Source of the DNA: Marsupella aquatica | Taxonomy: Eukaryota > Plantae > Marchantiophyta | DNA: 64,000 bases | Direction of reading: 5' to 3' | Assembly (NCBI GenBank): GCA_973895155.1 | Contig: OZ316894.1 | Location: forward strand, 1,152,853-1,216,852 | In this document: in pieces, positions 49,701-62,299 of the stretch | How the letters are laid out: every line of letters starts with the position of its first letter | Numbering within the stretch: position 1 is the first letter of the stretch | Position numbers and translations under genes: made by a program | The notes under the pieces: generated by a model | Told to the model about the DNA's origin: nothing | Database searches by the model: none | The model's input: only the letters and a program-made list of their open reading frames with translations

Positions 49701-52700
49701 CCAATTGCAGAAGACCATTTACAGGCGACAGTACAACAAGGGTTAAACCTTCACTATTCAATTAACTAAGATATCCCATGCACCTGTGCGAGCAATGGAA
49801 AACATGCTTTTAGTACTTACTTAGGTAAGTAAGGTAAGTATAAAGCACAAAACAAGCAACAAACAAAACTAAAAATTCACCTTCTGCTCACGCTTTGCAT
49901 TGATTGTGCCTTCTGCCTGACTGTATTTTTCCAGGCCTTTCTGAACAGCTGTCCACAACCTGGCAACTTCTTGTTTATTTGATACCTGGAGTCAATCAGT
50001 TGACCTAGTGAGTGCTCTCTGAGACGCGACCCATCATTGCTGCCTTGCAAGCAAATAGATAGGTACAACTTTGAGCTGCGACACCACTAAGAGATTTCTG
50101 AGATAGACAATTATACGACTGCAAGACGTCATCCAGCACCTGACCAAATGAAATATGACAATGATTATGAGATATCTGATGATTCAGAGAAGTTACCTCA
50201 TGTTGTTCGTGATCTTTGCTAAGTGCTTCCCAACGACTAGTGGCTGTCTCAAGGTACTGAACAGCCATTTCATTACTAAGCGGTAAATCTCCCGTGCTCC
50301 CCAAGTTGTGCCTGGAAAAAAACGCCCGAATACTTCGATCTCTGTCATGTTTTTGCTGGGTATGTACCTGAGGTCACACAATTGACCGGACTCCAGTCAT
50401 TAATCTGATATATGAGTAAAATGAACCGTAGGTTGAGTAGTACCTATCTTTCGTCCCTGAAGATTGCAGATCTAAACTATAAAAGGAACTTTTAAAGTAG
50501 CATTAGAAGTCCAAAGAGCACCTAAGACAAACCTTCTAAGAGAAAAGTAGGCTAGCAAATCACCTCTAGTTCTGCTTGCAGTCTCCCCTTTAGTTGACTG
50601 TCTTTGCTGTGGTTCTCTATCAAAACCTGAATTCTCCGATCAGAATCATTTAATTCTCTCTCCAGTTTGGAGATCCTCAGCGTCAAAGAACCAATTTCTG
50701 TTTGAAATTGGGACTGCCAATTTGCAAGCTCTTCGTCTGTGTCTGCATATTAGAATGTCCGAGTTAGTTACAAGATATACACTGCAATTAAAAACATTGA
50801 TCACTCCCATACTAGTAGTTGAGAGATTCAGCCTTAAATACTACAGGATTCAGATCTGAACAGGATAACTTATGAAGTACTTGGTTGGACAATAGCCAAC
50901 TGAAGCTTAGCCGTAACCATAAGCATAAAGATCGTGAGTAGTTTATCTTTCTCCAATCCATCGATATGGATGCCTACGACTCTCCTATTGCTTACATCCG
51001 TTTAATGCTTTCATCCTTTGTCTGTCTAGAACTCTGTGTGCTAAAACGTATTCCCAAGCTATACAACGCCGTCCCTACTGCTTTATATCAAACTGCTGAA
51101 GTAGACTCTTCACTGTCACACCCACGGTTTCCAGTCAGACTTCATCGAACACAAGCCCTATGCCAAACTTACCGCTATTCTCTTCTTCGAGACCTTGATA
51201 CTGCTTAGCTTTAAGCTTGACTAACATCTCTCTTTTGGCTTCCTTGATATCTATCTGGTTTTGCAAAATGCGTAACTTCTCCAGCGATGCCTCCAGAGAC
51301 TGTCTTTCTCTTTGTGAACTTGTTATCTTCATTTCAAGATCACTTATTAGAGATCTCAAATGAACTGCCCTTTGGTTATCTTGCTCCATATGCTCCCTGA
51401 GCTGCAGGGAAAAACATGCACGTCACGGGATGTTGCGCTGAATTAGTCTACAAAGAACAACAGAGCTATCGAGTGAGAAAGTTACGAGGACCAATATTGA
51501 TAGCGATGAGAACAGCAAATATGTGATAAGATTCTTCAAAGCAACCCTGAACGACAAAACGGACAAACGTCATCACTTTTTGCGTGAGAGTAGATACCTT
51601 GTAAGCTGCATCTTTTAGATTTTGGAGATTCTCTAATTTCAGCTTGTACATTTTGATCTCCTGAGCCTGTTCTTTGTGCAATTTCTTTATGACCTCGAGT
51701 GCTTTCGTATACCTGCCATTCCAGTCCAGCGGCTCCAATTTACATGTCTAAACAGACCTCAACAAAATTGTTCCCAGAAGATATGACGTACACTAAACGA
51801 AGATAACACTTAACGAAGAAATCCCATTAACTACAGTGGGATCACCTTTGTAAGCCAACCGTCAAGTTACGAGGTGATGGAAGTCGCTCTATCAATAAAG
51901 ACAACTTCCGGCCAGTATATCCAACCACACAGATATTGCATAATTGGAAACATACGCAGACACACGGCAAGAGAGTGCATCCATGGCGAACAGTCATTGT
52001 GGCTTTAATTCTGAACTAATTACATGGACTGATTTCTGGGAATCAACCTCTCAGGTAGTCTAAGAGCCAAGTATCTTGCCACCGAGAAACATTACCTGGT
52101 GGCGGAAAATATGTCGTCGAACTTCTTTTTGAGGGTGGCAGCATCGGCCAATGGCCAGTTGGCATCATCTTGATGCACAAAAATCACATTCTCCAGGATG
52201 GCTTTGGAGACTCCCATCAGAGTCGGAACTTCTTTGTCCATGTCAGCACACCTGTAACTCAAGCAGACCTTCTGCACTTGCATCAACTGGAGTTAGTGGT
52301 CTCCTAACCATTACGATCTGATAGTTCACATAAATATGTGTTGATAGCAAAAAGATTCAACCAGGCTGGCAACAACAGTTTTGTCTCCATGTGTCTGTTA
52401 AAGGACTTTCTTGCTGGATCAAGCCTGCTGCATTGGGAAAGTCGCTCGGGCAATCACAAAAGAGAGAGAGCAGTCTCGGAACTTATAACTATTATAATTA
52501 GTTGCTATGGTTGCATCCTTTGCTTTGAAATATCTCTACAAATTTTGCTTCACTTCTGGCTGAATTGCAGTTTTCTACTATCATTCTCAGGTCACATTTT
52601 GTAATTCAACATTCGGTCAGCTTACTGTTAACTTAGTTTCACCAGGCCAACAGCACTGTGTAGAAGAAAACACAATCGGAAAGACACTAAGCAACCAATA

Positions 52701-53676
52701 CGACAGAACCAAAAGCAGAGTTATTGACGTAGCAGCAGATATGGAGTCAATTGCCCAGCGGAATTTTGACTTGTTGCCACAAATAGGAGCAATTTCAAGC
52801 GTGCTCGATGGAAACAGCATACCTCGCCAGTGTGAGAGTTTATTGTCTGAAGTACACTCTCAATAGCTTTAAACTCCATCTTAGATCCCTTCTGTGTAAG
52901 CTGGAACGAGCGGATGCAAACAACGTCCTTTCCAGCTCCTGTTTTGAATCTGAGCTTAATTTGACCTTTCGTTTCTGTTTCACCAGCAACCTTCCCACGA
53001 CAATTTCAGTCCAGGAAAAAAAATGAAAACCCCCGTTTTAAGCAAAGAAGCAATGAGCTCTAACGAGATTCACCTTCGGGTCGTGGATAAAACTATGGCC
53101 TGATCTTGCATTTGGAGGCATTTCCCCTGTGCACGCGTGCTTCAGACACTCAATAATCGTCTGCAGTCAAGTTGAGGAGTTGTCAAGTCAAATCCTGCAC
53201 GCAGCTGATTTCAAAACTAATGGACCAAAACTCCGCATTTTCCTCCAAAATAAAAGCAGGCCAAATGACGAAGTCCAACCACGATAGCATATGTCACTGT
53301 AACCACAGTATTCTATTTCTTCTAGATATTAATCACTTCATTTCCAATTTCAAGGCAGTGCGATTCAATTCCATGCATGTGATCATGAGTGAATAGACGA
53401 TAACAATCTCAGGAGGTAAATCAGAAATAAATCAAACGTTGTACGCTATCTCCAGGTAATCAAAAGCAATAGAGACAGTCACTGAGCGGAGCAATTGTTA
53501 CACCTCCAAATTCCAGAAGTAGACCACAGGGCTATAGGAATTGTTTGTCTTACGGTTTTACCGGCACCATTTGGCCCCACAATCAATGTGAGGGGCCGGT
53601 AGAACGTGATAACATTCGTGTTCTCCGGGCTGAAGCTCCGGATTCCTTTGATCAGCATCTTGTCCACCACACTCAT
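40775..53676 (-). CDS. RAD50: DNA repair protein RAD50 (MRN complex), multi-exon
   Basis: Exon 1 (53676-53554) has [15 protein letters not shown] and the Walker A GPNGAGKT. Also seen: Q-loop VIFVHQDD (~52170), zinc hook CACC (~46675), signature RGRCSAGQK (~42020), Walker B/D-loop [11 protein letters not shown] (~41710), H-loop IVITHDE (~41420) and the last exon [12 protein letters not shown] ending at 40775. Confidence 0.97.
46132..46480. repeat. 172-bp tandem duplication covering a RAD50 3' splice site
   Basis: cttcctcctttgctgaa.aatgagaaaagaacgaggtat...gatacacgtctggcatctacagacgata starts at ~46133 and ~46305. Confidence 0.9.
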
Positions 53677-54146
53677 GGTGGCGGGATGTGGTCAAACTCC
53701 AAACAAGCTGAATTACAAGGTCGGCGAAATCACCAACAAGAACCAAAATTGCAGACAGACAAAACGAAGAACATAAACTCGATTTCTCGACGAACTTCAC
53801 GGGTCCTTCATAACTGCCTCGATTTTGAGCTCCTAGACAGTTCGCTGAGTGACACTCCCACAAACACAGCTCCTCAGCTCCCACATCCAGCTCAAATTTT
53901 CTGTTTGACCATTCAGATTTACGAATCCATCTCGTCAGAGAGCAAAACCCCACCGGGCGCGGGGCAGAGCAGGACAGAGCTGCGCTTTTGAACAACTGTA
54001 TACATAATTGTAGATTGACTCCTTTTCTGATGCACTAGTTAACACAACCTCATCTTCGCTCATCGCCCATCGCCTGAGAGAATTCTCAGGTGGGGTTTCG
54101 CAAGAGGTGAGAATCCCAAGTTCTGTACACAGCTCGAATGTGCTGA

Positions 54147-54216
54147 TTTGGCGCCATGGGGTTTGATGACTGGCTGTAGGCGGTTTCTGCGGCCGAGCAA
54201 GGGAATCATTTGGCGC
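54147..54216. promoter_or_regulatory. Two E2F-like elements (TTTGGCGC) upstream of RAD50
   Basis: TTTGGCGC at 54147-54154 and 54209-54216 lies in a duplicated ~40-bp module about 0.5 kb upstream of the RAD50 ATG. It matches the TTTSSCGS consensus. Confidence 0.5.
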
Positions 54217-54369
54217 CATCGAGCTGATGACTGGCTGTAGCCGGTTAACGCTGCTTAGCAACGGGAAGAACCGGACCATTAGAGGGTTTAGAGGGTGCAG
54301 TAGTGATATACCGTTTGGACCGTCAAGTTAGCTCAGAAAATAAATCATTATTGGAACTAGCCTGACTGA

Positions 54370-54650
54370 GGGTTCTTTCAACTTTCAATATGGGTCCACA
54401 TTCAAGTCAGTAGCTTGCTCATAAATTTGGGTTCAATTGGTTTCTTATGACTACTCACCCGGGGTTTTTGAATTTTGAGTATGGTTGAGTATATTTAAGG
54501 TAGTTGATTGTTCATGGTTTGCTTTTAATTGGTTTCCTACAAGTCCTCACACCTGGTTCTTTGAAATTTAAATATGGGTGAGTACATTCAAGGCACTTGC
54601 TTGTTCATCAATTGGCGTTCAATTGATTCCCTATGACTCCTCACACTTTT
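54370..54650. repeat. Diverged ~93-bp tandem repeat, about 3 copies
   Basis: Recurrent aatatgggt...acattcaag...ttgct/ttgttcat...ttcaattg.tt.c.tatgact.ctcac. Confidence 0.6.
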
Positions 54651-56984
54651 TGCCAATTTCAGCGACTTACCTTTATTCCTCTATTATTGAATCTGGAGCA
54701 TACAATTTTTTAAAAGGGTTGTAGTTGTGTTTACAAGAAGTTGGGGCCCACAAAGGTATGGTGTCTATGGATCCTCCATGGCAAGCAGTGGGCCCAAGTA
54801 AATGCTGATGTAAAGTGTTTTTTTCATATAGAAGTGTAGACCACCTCCATAGGGGGTTTCAAATATCCTAACTTCAAATTTTGATCCAAGTGATTTGCAT
54901 TTATTAAACTTCACTTCAAACAATTTTTGGTCCAGAGTCTATCTTTTCAAATGGAAAGTGGCCCTCCAGTTTGCTTTGACAAAAAGAAGTCACAAGTGCC
55001 CCCTACCTCTTGTAAAGCCACCCTTACCCTCATTGCTTGCTTTGGTGAATATGAGTGACAAGTGCCCCCTCCATCTCATAAAGCTACCTTTACCTTCACT
55101 GCTTCCTGCGGTGAAAAACAAGAGTGAAAAGTGACCCCTACCTATGTCTTGTAAAGCCACCCTTAGGCTAGGTTCCATGAAGGAGTGGTTTGTACGGCTG
55201 AGGAGTAGGGCACATGCCGGGCCCACCACTGCAAATTTGGGGCAGGGCATTCTCAGGCCCATGCACTTGCGCGGAGCAATCCACGCCTCACTCCCCGGTA
55301 CCGATTCTCAGAATGGAACTGGCTTGATCACAAGCTACGGTGTTACAAAGCCCGCAAACCTGCCCATAAACAAGGCTCACAAGAAACCTCAAAGCTTTGA
55401 CAAAAAAGCCTGGAAGGCTGTCACCCATCATAGGTTGTAGCAAGATGCTTGGAGACAAGCTGATTTCCTCAGCTATCATGGTGAGAGGCAAAAAGCATGA
55501 CAGAGGCAATAGGATTCCAGAAATTTGATTGTGCACTGGTCCCCTCTTTGCATTGGGGCTTTGTGAGTTACAACTCTGCTCACCTCAATTTTGGATCTCT
55601 TTATCAGAAGTAGGAAGGGCCAAGAACATTCAACGAAGAGCTATGTTTCATGAATTGTTTGCAGCATGAGAGGTTGACACTCCCCAATTTGCCATCTCGA
55701 AGATAGATTGTGTGCCTCTGCCACAATCAAACTCAGCTGTCTGAAAAATGACACCATGGGCTTTGTGAAATAATACTTGATCTGCGAATGGCTCAGTGAC
55801 AATACTTGATCTGCAAATGGCTTCAGCTGAATTCAACATTGGCATTTGCTACTTGATTTGACAATGACTTCAACTGCTTGATTTGTGAATGGCTTCAGCA
55901 CAATTTGACAGTGACAATTCGACAATGACAATACTTGATCTACGCATTGCTTTTGCTAACTTCTTTGTATAAATGTCAATAATTTCAAAAGCACAAACGC
56001 ACAGAACACTACATTGAGGCAAAATGAGATTAAATAATACAGCAGTCATCGAGAAGTTGTCCCTATATAGTTGTTGCTTAGTGAATAAATTCCAAGCCTG
56101 TTTGCACTTACAAAAGATGGAAAAAGTGCAAAATCTGCATAAAAGAAGGGACAAACTACTCAGAGAGGCGTGTGATAGTTCACTTGAGTTGATATTCAAG
56201 GGCCTCCAAAACCCTAAACAGAATTTTGGGAAGGAGATTATTGAAATTTCAAGGGCCTCCAAAATGGTTACCATGATTAACCTTCATTGTTCATTCCTCC
56301 AAATTTACGCAGTGTGCACCTAGAGAGAGACAATTGTAACCTCCTCCAGGGCCATGGTTACCCCATACACTTTCTTTCTGGCATTCATTTGTTCTTTCTG
56401 GCTATGTGTGACTGCAGAACGCTGACTGTAACCCCATGGAGGCCCATTGGTTACCACTTACGCTATCTTTCTGGCTCTGTCTGGCTGGCTGGCTCATTCA
56501 CTCACTCACTCATTGTGGCCTGGAGAAGCCCAGTGTAACCTCCTCTAGGCCCATGGATTAGTGTAAACCCTTCCTGAATTTTTTTCCTTGTAAGTGTTTA
56601 AAAGGTTATGAAGCATTGTCCAGGGTGAAACCACAGAACCCCTGGGCCAGCCTGGCCTGAGGATTATGAAATTTGAATGACCAATAGAGTAAAGTACAAG
56701 TGGCATAAAGTGACAAATCAAAATTTTCCTATGTAAAACTGAGCTGAATGTAGTGTAAAAATTCACTTGGACATTACGCTTAGTAACTCATCCTCATTTG
56801 GGGATAAAGGCTCTAACCTCCGCGGGCTCAGTGCCCTCGGGGATTACAGCCCATTGCCCCCTCTTGGAGATGGGTTACCCTACACCTTTACACTTTCTTT
56901 CTGGCTATTTTTTCTTTCTGGCTATGTTTGGCTGGCTCACTCACTGCTGGAAAAGTGACTGGAATCCCCCAGGCATCATATTTT

Positions 56985-57312
56985 GTAAGGTTTCTACTTT
57001 TTGGCGAGTGGCCAATGTCCAGTGTGTAAAGGAGAAGATGCTCAAAATATTCCTTATCTGAGTATTTTCTTGACCGTCAGATCTCCCTAGATTTAAGGAT
57101 GACTATTAGATTCTGGCTAGTGGGACCTATGATTAGGTGGGACATTGGCTAAGGTTTTTACTTTTTTGCTAGAGTGACCAATGTCCGGTGTGTGAAGGAG
57201 AAGATGCTCAAAATATTCCCTATCTGAGTATTTCAGATCTCCCTAGATTTAAGGATGAGTGTTGGATTCTAGTTAGTGGGACCTACATGATTGGGTGGGA
57301 CACTGGCTAATG
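56985..57312. repeat. ~165-bp tandem duplication of a dispersed repeat
   Basis: ccaatgtcc.gtgtgt.aaggagaagatgctcaaaatattcc.tatctgagtattt...cagatctccctagatttaaggatga occurs twice. Confidence 0.85.
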
Positions 57313-57443
57313 AAACAACAAAATACAAGCAAATTATGGGTATACATAGCGAAAGCTTTTTGGGGAGGTGGAATTTGGGGAATTTTGGCCACTAAAAAAA
57401 ACTCTGCCCCCATGCCCATGGGTCTCCCTTTACACTTTCTTTC

Positions 57444-57854
57444 AGAGAGATACTTGATGGACCCCAAAATGCCAAGTGTTTTTTGATGGACCCATGAGTG
57501 ATCCAGACCATTGATAGATCTCAAATAAATGTACCCAAAAACTCATGCTGTCTCATGGGGTCTATCAAGTAAGACATTTGAATTTAGGGGTCCATCAAGT
57601 ATATGTCTCCACTTTCTTTCTGGCATTATTTATTTGAATGTAGGGGTCCATCAAGTATATCTCTCCACTTTCTTTCCAGGTATTTGCTTGGTCGACCCCC
57701 AAAATGAAACTTGTTACTTGATCGACCCCCTGAGGTCTATCAACGGTCCAGATCTGAGATCGAAAGGTCCATCAACGGTCCAGATTAGGGAAAAGTGTTG
57801 TGAGGGTTGATTAAGCAAACTTTTTCCACGAGGGGGTCTACTAAGCATCTCTCC
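57444..57854. mobile_element. Two related Mutator-like MITEs (57444-57610 and 57677-57854) plus a TIR fragment, each bounded by the 10-bp sequence actttctttc
   Basis: TIR pairs gagagatacttgatggacccc / ggggtccatcaagtatatgtctc and gcttggtcgacccc / gggggtctactaagc. actttctttc occurs at 57434, 57611, 57667 and 57855. Confidence 0.65.
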
Positions 57855-57892
57855 ACTTTCTTTCTGGCATTATTTGTCTGGCTGTCTTGCTG

Positions 57893-57931
57893 GCTCACTC
57901 ACTCACTCACTCACTCACTCACTCACTCACT
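57893..57931. repeat. (CTCA)n tetranucleotide microsatellite
   Basis: ctcactcactcact... for about 9 units. Confidence 0.9.
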
Positions 57932-58061
57932 GGCAGTGGCTGCAAAATCCCTTTTTACTTTGTTCGTTCCTTTCGTTCCTTCCTCCATGGCAGGCACTGT
58001 TCCTCCCTGGCTTTGAACCGAAGCAACGCCATCGATCAACCAATCACTCGATCCATCGGCC

Positions 58062-58480
58062 ATTCCCTTCCATTCCTCTCTATTCCATATTTCCATTTCA
58101 TTCCATTTCAGTTCAGTTCCTGTCGTGTCCTGTCCTGTCCTTTCCTGTCCTTTCCTTTCCTTCCCTTTCCTTTCCTTCCCTTTCCTTTCCTTTCCTTTCC
58201 TTTCCTTTCCTGTCATTTCATTTCCTTTCCTTTCCTTTCCTTTCCTTTCGCTCTTGCGATCAACCGGCAGCAGCATCGCTTGCGTCGTGGAGCTTTGCTT
58301 TGCATTTGTTTGCGTTGCATTGCGTTACGTTTCGGCGATTGTTCTGCTAGTCTTCCGGTCGCAGCGCAGCGTTTGCTCGGTTCTTTTCTTGGTGACGGGG
58401 AAGGAGGTTGCTCTGCCGCGAGTCGAGTCGAGTCGAATCGAATCGAAGCGAAGCGAGGCGAAACGAAAACGAAACGAAAC
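58062..58480. repeat. Pentanucleotide microsatellite mosaic, core (TTTCC)n at ~58140-58250
   Basis: Successive runs of ttcca, tgtcc, tttcc, ttgcg/ttgca, gagtc, gaatc, gaagc and gaaac. Confidence 0.85.
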
Positions 58481-59284
58481 GTGCCGGCAAGGGGAGAAGG
58501 TTCACGATTATGGAATGCGGCCGGCCGTCTTGCGTCCTGGCCTGCTGAGTTTGGCTCGTTCACTGACTGACTGACTTTACGCACTCATTGATTGACTGAT
58601 TGGTTGATTGACCTAACCTGGTGATCATCGTTCGAGCGATCGTGTTGCGTTTGGAGATCGAGAAGCGGAGCGATTGTGTTGAGCGGGAGACGGATTGGGG
58701 TTTGTCGTTTGTTCTTTCGTCGCGAGGACGGTCTTCTTCTGTGACGAGGATCGAAGCGGCGGAGCACAGTAAGTCTCTTCCTCTATCTATGCTCTGGTGA
58801 TGCGTGTTGGTTTTTCTTTGGCTGTCTCCCTGTGCGGCGGCAAGGGCGCTCACTTATGCCACACGTGTGTGATGCGTCGCGCCTACGTTTCCGGCTCCAT
58901 GGTTCTCTTCTGTCCCTGTGTGCTTAAATTGGATGATCCCTCCTCCCCTATGTTACTCTCTTCTGTGTATCCCTCCTTCCTCCCCGTCGACGAGTATACT
59001 TGTATTTGTTGTTCTTCATTTCGTCGTGGTGCGGGAATTGGCTGGCAGTTCGAGCATGAGTATAGTCTTGGTTACGTGCAGTTGACAAGGGTTCCTTCCT
59101 CATCTCCTCTTTGGTGTAGGTATCGACACATTCTCTTGGCGAAAGAATTTCCATTCTTGGTTTCGAGGGTGGGTGTGGTGAAGAAAATAGTGGCAGAGTG
59201 AGTCGTCGTCTCGTTTGTTTGCCTGTAAAGGGTCGACCAATTTCTGCTTCTTCTACATCTGCGTGGTGTGGGAATTGAGAAAAC

Positions 59285-59899
59285 ATGTCGACCAATCCGG
59301 AGTACGATTACCTCTTCAAGCTGCTCTTGATCGGGGACTCAGGCGTCGGGAAGTCCTCTCTCCTGCTCCGGTTTGCAGATGACTCGTACCTCGAGACGTA
59401 CATCAGCACAATCGGAGTCGATTTTAAGATCCGGACTGTGGAGCTCGATGGGAAAACGGTCAAGCTCCAGATCTGGGACACGGCAGGGCAGGAGCGCTTC
59501 AGGACAATTACCAGCAGCTACTACCGGGGCGCACACGGAATCATCGTCGTCTACGATGTAACAGACGAGGAGAGCTTCAACAACGTGAAGCAGTGGCTGA
59601 ATGAGATCGACCGGTACGCCAGCGAGGATGTCAACAAGCTGATTGTGGGGAACAAGTCAGATCGAGCCAACGACAAGGTCGTCGACAGCCAGACAGCCAA
59701 GGCCTTTGCGGACGAAGTAGGGATCCCTTTCTTGGAGACCAGTGCCAAAAGCGCCATCAACGTCGAGCAAGCGTTTATGACAATGGCTGCCGAAATCAAG
59801 AGGCGGATGGCTAGCAAACCCACCATGAATGCCGGCAAGGCCCCCACTGTGCGGGTCACCGGGCAGCCCCTCGCTCAGCAGAAAGGATGTTGCTCCTGA
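59285..59899 (+). CDS. RAB1: Rab1/RabD (Ypt1-like) small GTPase, 204 aa, intronless CDS
   Basis: [49 protein letters not shown] and a C-terminal CCS prenylation motif. N-terminal PEYDYLFK is typical of Rab1/RabD. Confidence 0.96.
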   Translation: MSTNPEYDYLFKLLLIGDSGVGKSSLLLRFADDSYLETYISTIGVDFKIRTVELDGKTVKLQIWDTAGQERFRTITSSYYRGAHGIIVVYDVTDEESFNNVKQWLNEIDRYASEDVNKLIVGNKSDRANDKVVDSQTAKAFADEVGIPFLETSAKSAINVEQAFMTMAAEIKRRMASKPTMNAGKAPTVRVTGQPLAQQKGCCS

Positions 59900-60939
59900 G
59901 GGACAGATCCCCGTCAGCCTCGCCCCGCCCAGATTAGGGTACAGTAAAGTAGTGTACATATGTCGAAGTTAGATTGGATTTTTCGGGTTCGTCAGCTTTG
60001 TGATGTTGCTGACTGGGCTTACAGGGACGTTCACCAGCAGCTGCCAAACAGGAGGGAGCGAACGAACGGAAAAAAGAGAGCATCTCAGGGCAGCACGACC
60101 ACAAAACCTCGACGGACAGAATTTCGATCATGCAGGAAGCCAAACATGACATTTCTCGGCCGGTGACAACAGGGCCTGGCTCTGAGGCCTAGGCTAGGCA
60201 GAAAGAAGCAGGCTGGATGACACACTCGTTTTCAGAGTTGGAAAAATGTAGAATGTCGATTATACATCGTCAGGTTGGATTTAACCATCAGATTCATGAT
60301 GTTGGTCCACGAGCTTCATGATGTGGCCGAGATAACACCTATTCAATAAAAGAAAGTAGTCCTGGAGTCGGAAGCTCGACCACCACCACACTAACCGTAG
60401 AGTAGCAGATTTGATGCTTCGAGTCCTACAGTAGTTTCTGGGATTTGAAGTGAAGTTCAACTGCCCCCTGCCTTCATCACCCACTTGATCTTTTTGCAGG
60501 CCATGCCTCGTATTCTTTGGGGTTGCCTTCCATCTAAGTTGCCTGGCTGGCTGTTGGGCAAGGGACAGGAAAGACAAGAGGAGATAAGGGGGACATTTAA
60601 GGTGTGGCGCTAGAGCACGTCTGCAGCTTTTATGGACGGTAGTACAGAGGTTTTAGGGTTCTGTCTCCATTTCCACCGCTATTCACACTTCGGTGCGTCT
60701 CGTGAGGGAGGTAGAAGTTTAATCGAAACATTATTGCGAGGAGTCATTCTTTAAGATTTGCAACTATTCAAGTATTTACCCAAATTAAATTTATCGTTTT
60801 GAGATGTGGTGCGCTGTGAAATGTCTGATGACATTCCTTGTCGACCTAATTTCCACTTTTGTTCTGGAGATTCTCTTTGTTTTCTGACAAAGAAGGTAGT
60901 GATTTATATAACTGTTCCAAAAGGTAAGCTTGACAGTAT

Positions 60940-62246
60940 CTGATGTCGAGGTTTGTGTCTTTCTGTTAGTAATAACAGCTTGGTTGTAGGATTGACATGG
61001 CTTTCGGATCTTGAGATCAATGTCACCGTGAAGTCGGATGTACTGCAAAGTGGGAACCCTCACCTGGATGGAGGGCACATATGATATAGTCGCACAGCCA
61101 CCTGGACGTAGGACGGGGACGGATGACCAAATGTAGAAGATCAATGCCACATCAAATGATGTATCACTGATTGTTGCCCTGCACTGCTTTTATTAAATGT
61201 GGTCTCAAAGAGACTTTCTTGCAACTTGCCATGCCAATACTGGACGATGGTGTCGTGAAGAGATTGCCAATGCACTTCTACTTGCTACCGACAAGAGAGT
61301 GGGTGATGGGAATTATGCAGCCATCACAGTGCCACTTATTGGGAGTTATATTGGGAAAAGGTTGGAATTACAGTTCAAGGCAATGATCATGAGAAGCATA
61401 TAATTGCGGAAGGGGTATCCTCTACTTCACCTTTGATACTCAGTTTTTGAGGAATAATGGAAGGATTAGAAGTGACAACAGGACCGGATGCTTATGATCA
61501 ATGGTCTTACGATGAACCAGATAGATATAAAGATAACGAGAGCTTTCTGTAATCGTCTCTTTCACTTCGGAAAGATTAGAAGGCTTTGAAAGATTGAGAG
61601 TGACGGTCACTTGGCTCAGGATAGGAAAAAAAAGCGGGATGACTTCGACGGACCTCTTGTGCGATGCTCTCTTGATGTAGTGTTATTGGCACGACGAGGG
61701 TCTCTTGATCTTGTGAAGAATTTTTGTTTCTGGCTTGGCAGCCATGGCGATTGGTGCCCACGGTACTGAAGGAAGATCTGATTCACTTCTGAAGGATTGA
61801 GAAAGAGATATGGTCCCTTGACCTCAGCAACGGTTCTGAGTGGGGTGGTGTCATGATCCTCCCCGGAGCGCGAATTGAAATGTTGGGATGATGGGAAGGA
61901 TTACGACTGTATTGTAATGATCTTGCGAAGCTTGGATAGGAAGGATATGGTCAAGATCATGGTGAAGAAACGTTGTTTTCTTATGAACTTTGATTGGGCT
62001 GATCTAATCTCTAGAGTGAGTTTGGTTCTGAACGACCACAGTGGTGGTGATTTAAATTGGGACGATCTCTTGATCTTATGGAGTCAGATTGGGATGGACT
62101 TGCATACCTTCGTGAGACTTCATTTTGAGGCTGAAGTACCCAGCCTCATCTCAATTTCCACTTTTAAGTTGTTTGCAACGATTCAATCTAACGATGATCT
62201 GATTGTAGTCGGAATTGAGAGCCACTCTTCAGGGCCTAGGGTCTAG
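60940..62246 (+). pseudogene. Decayed coding sequence, tentatively FAM46/TENT5-like nucleotidyltransferase
   Basis: Fragments in different frames: WLSDLEINVTV, GKRLELQF..MR, AYNCGRGILYFTFD, RCFLMNFDWADLISRVSLVLNDHSGG. There are multiple stops and frameshifts. The similarity was judged by eye. Confidence 0.35.
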
Positions 62247-62299
62247 CCTCTAGCCTGCAATTCTGGGGGTGTAACTAAAGTCTGGGCAGAGTGTTTATC

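Noticed and set aside
57874-58574. Long ORFs of 117-227 aa with FPFLS/ERKGK repeats
   Set aside because: They are translations of pentamer microsatellites.
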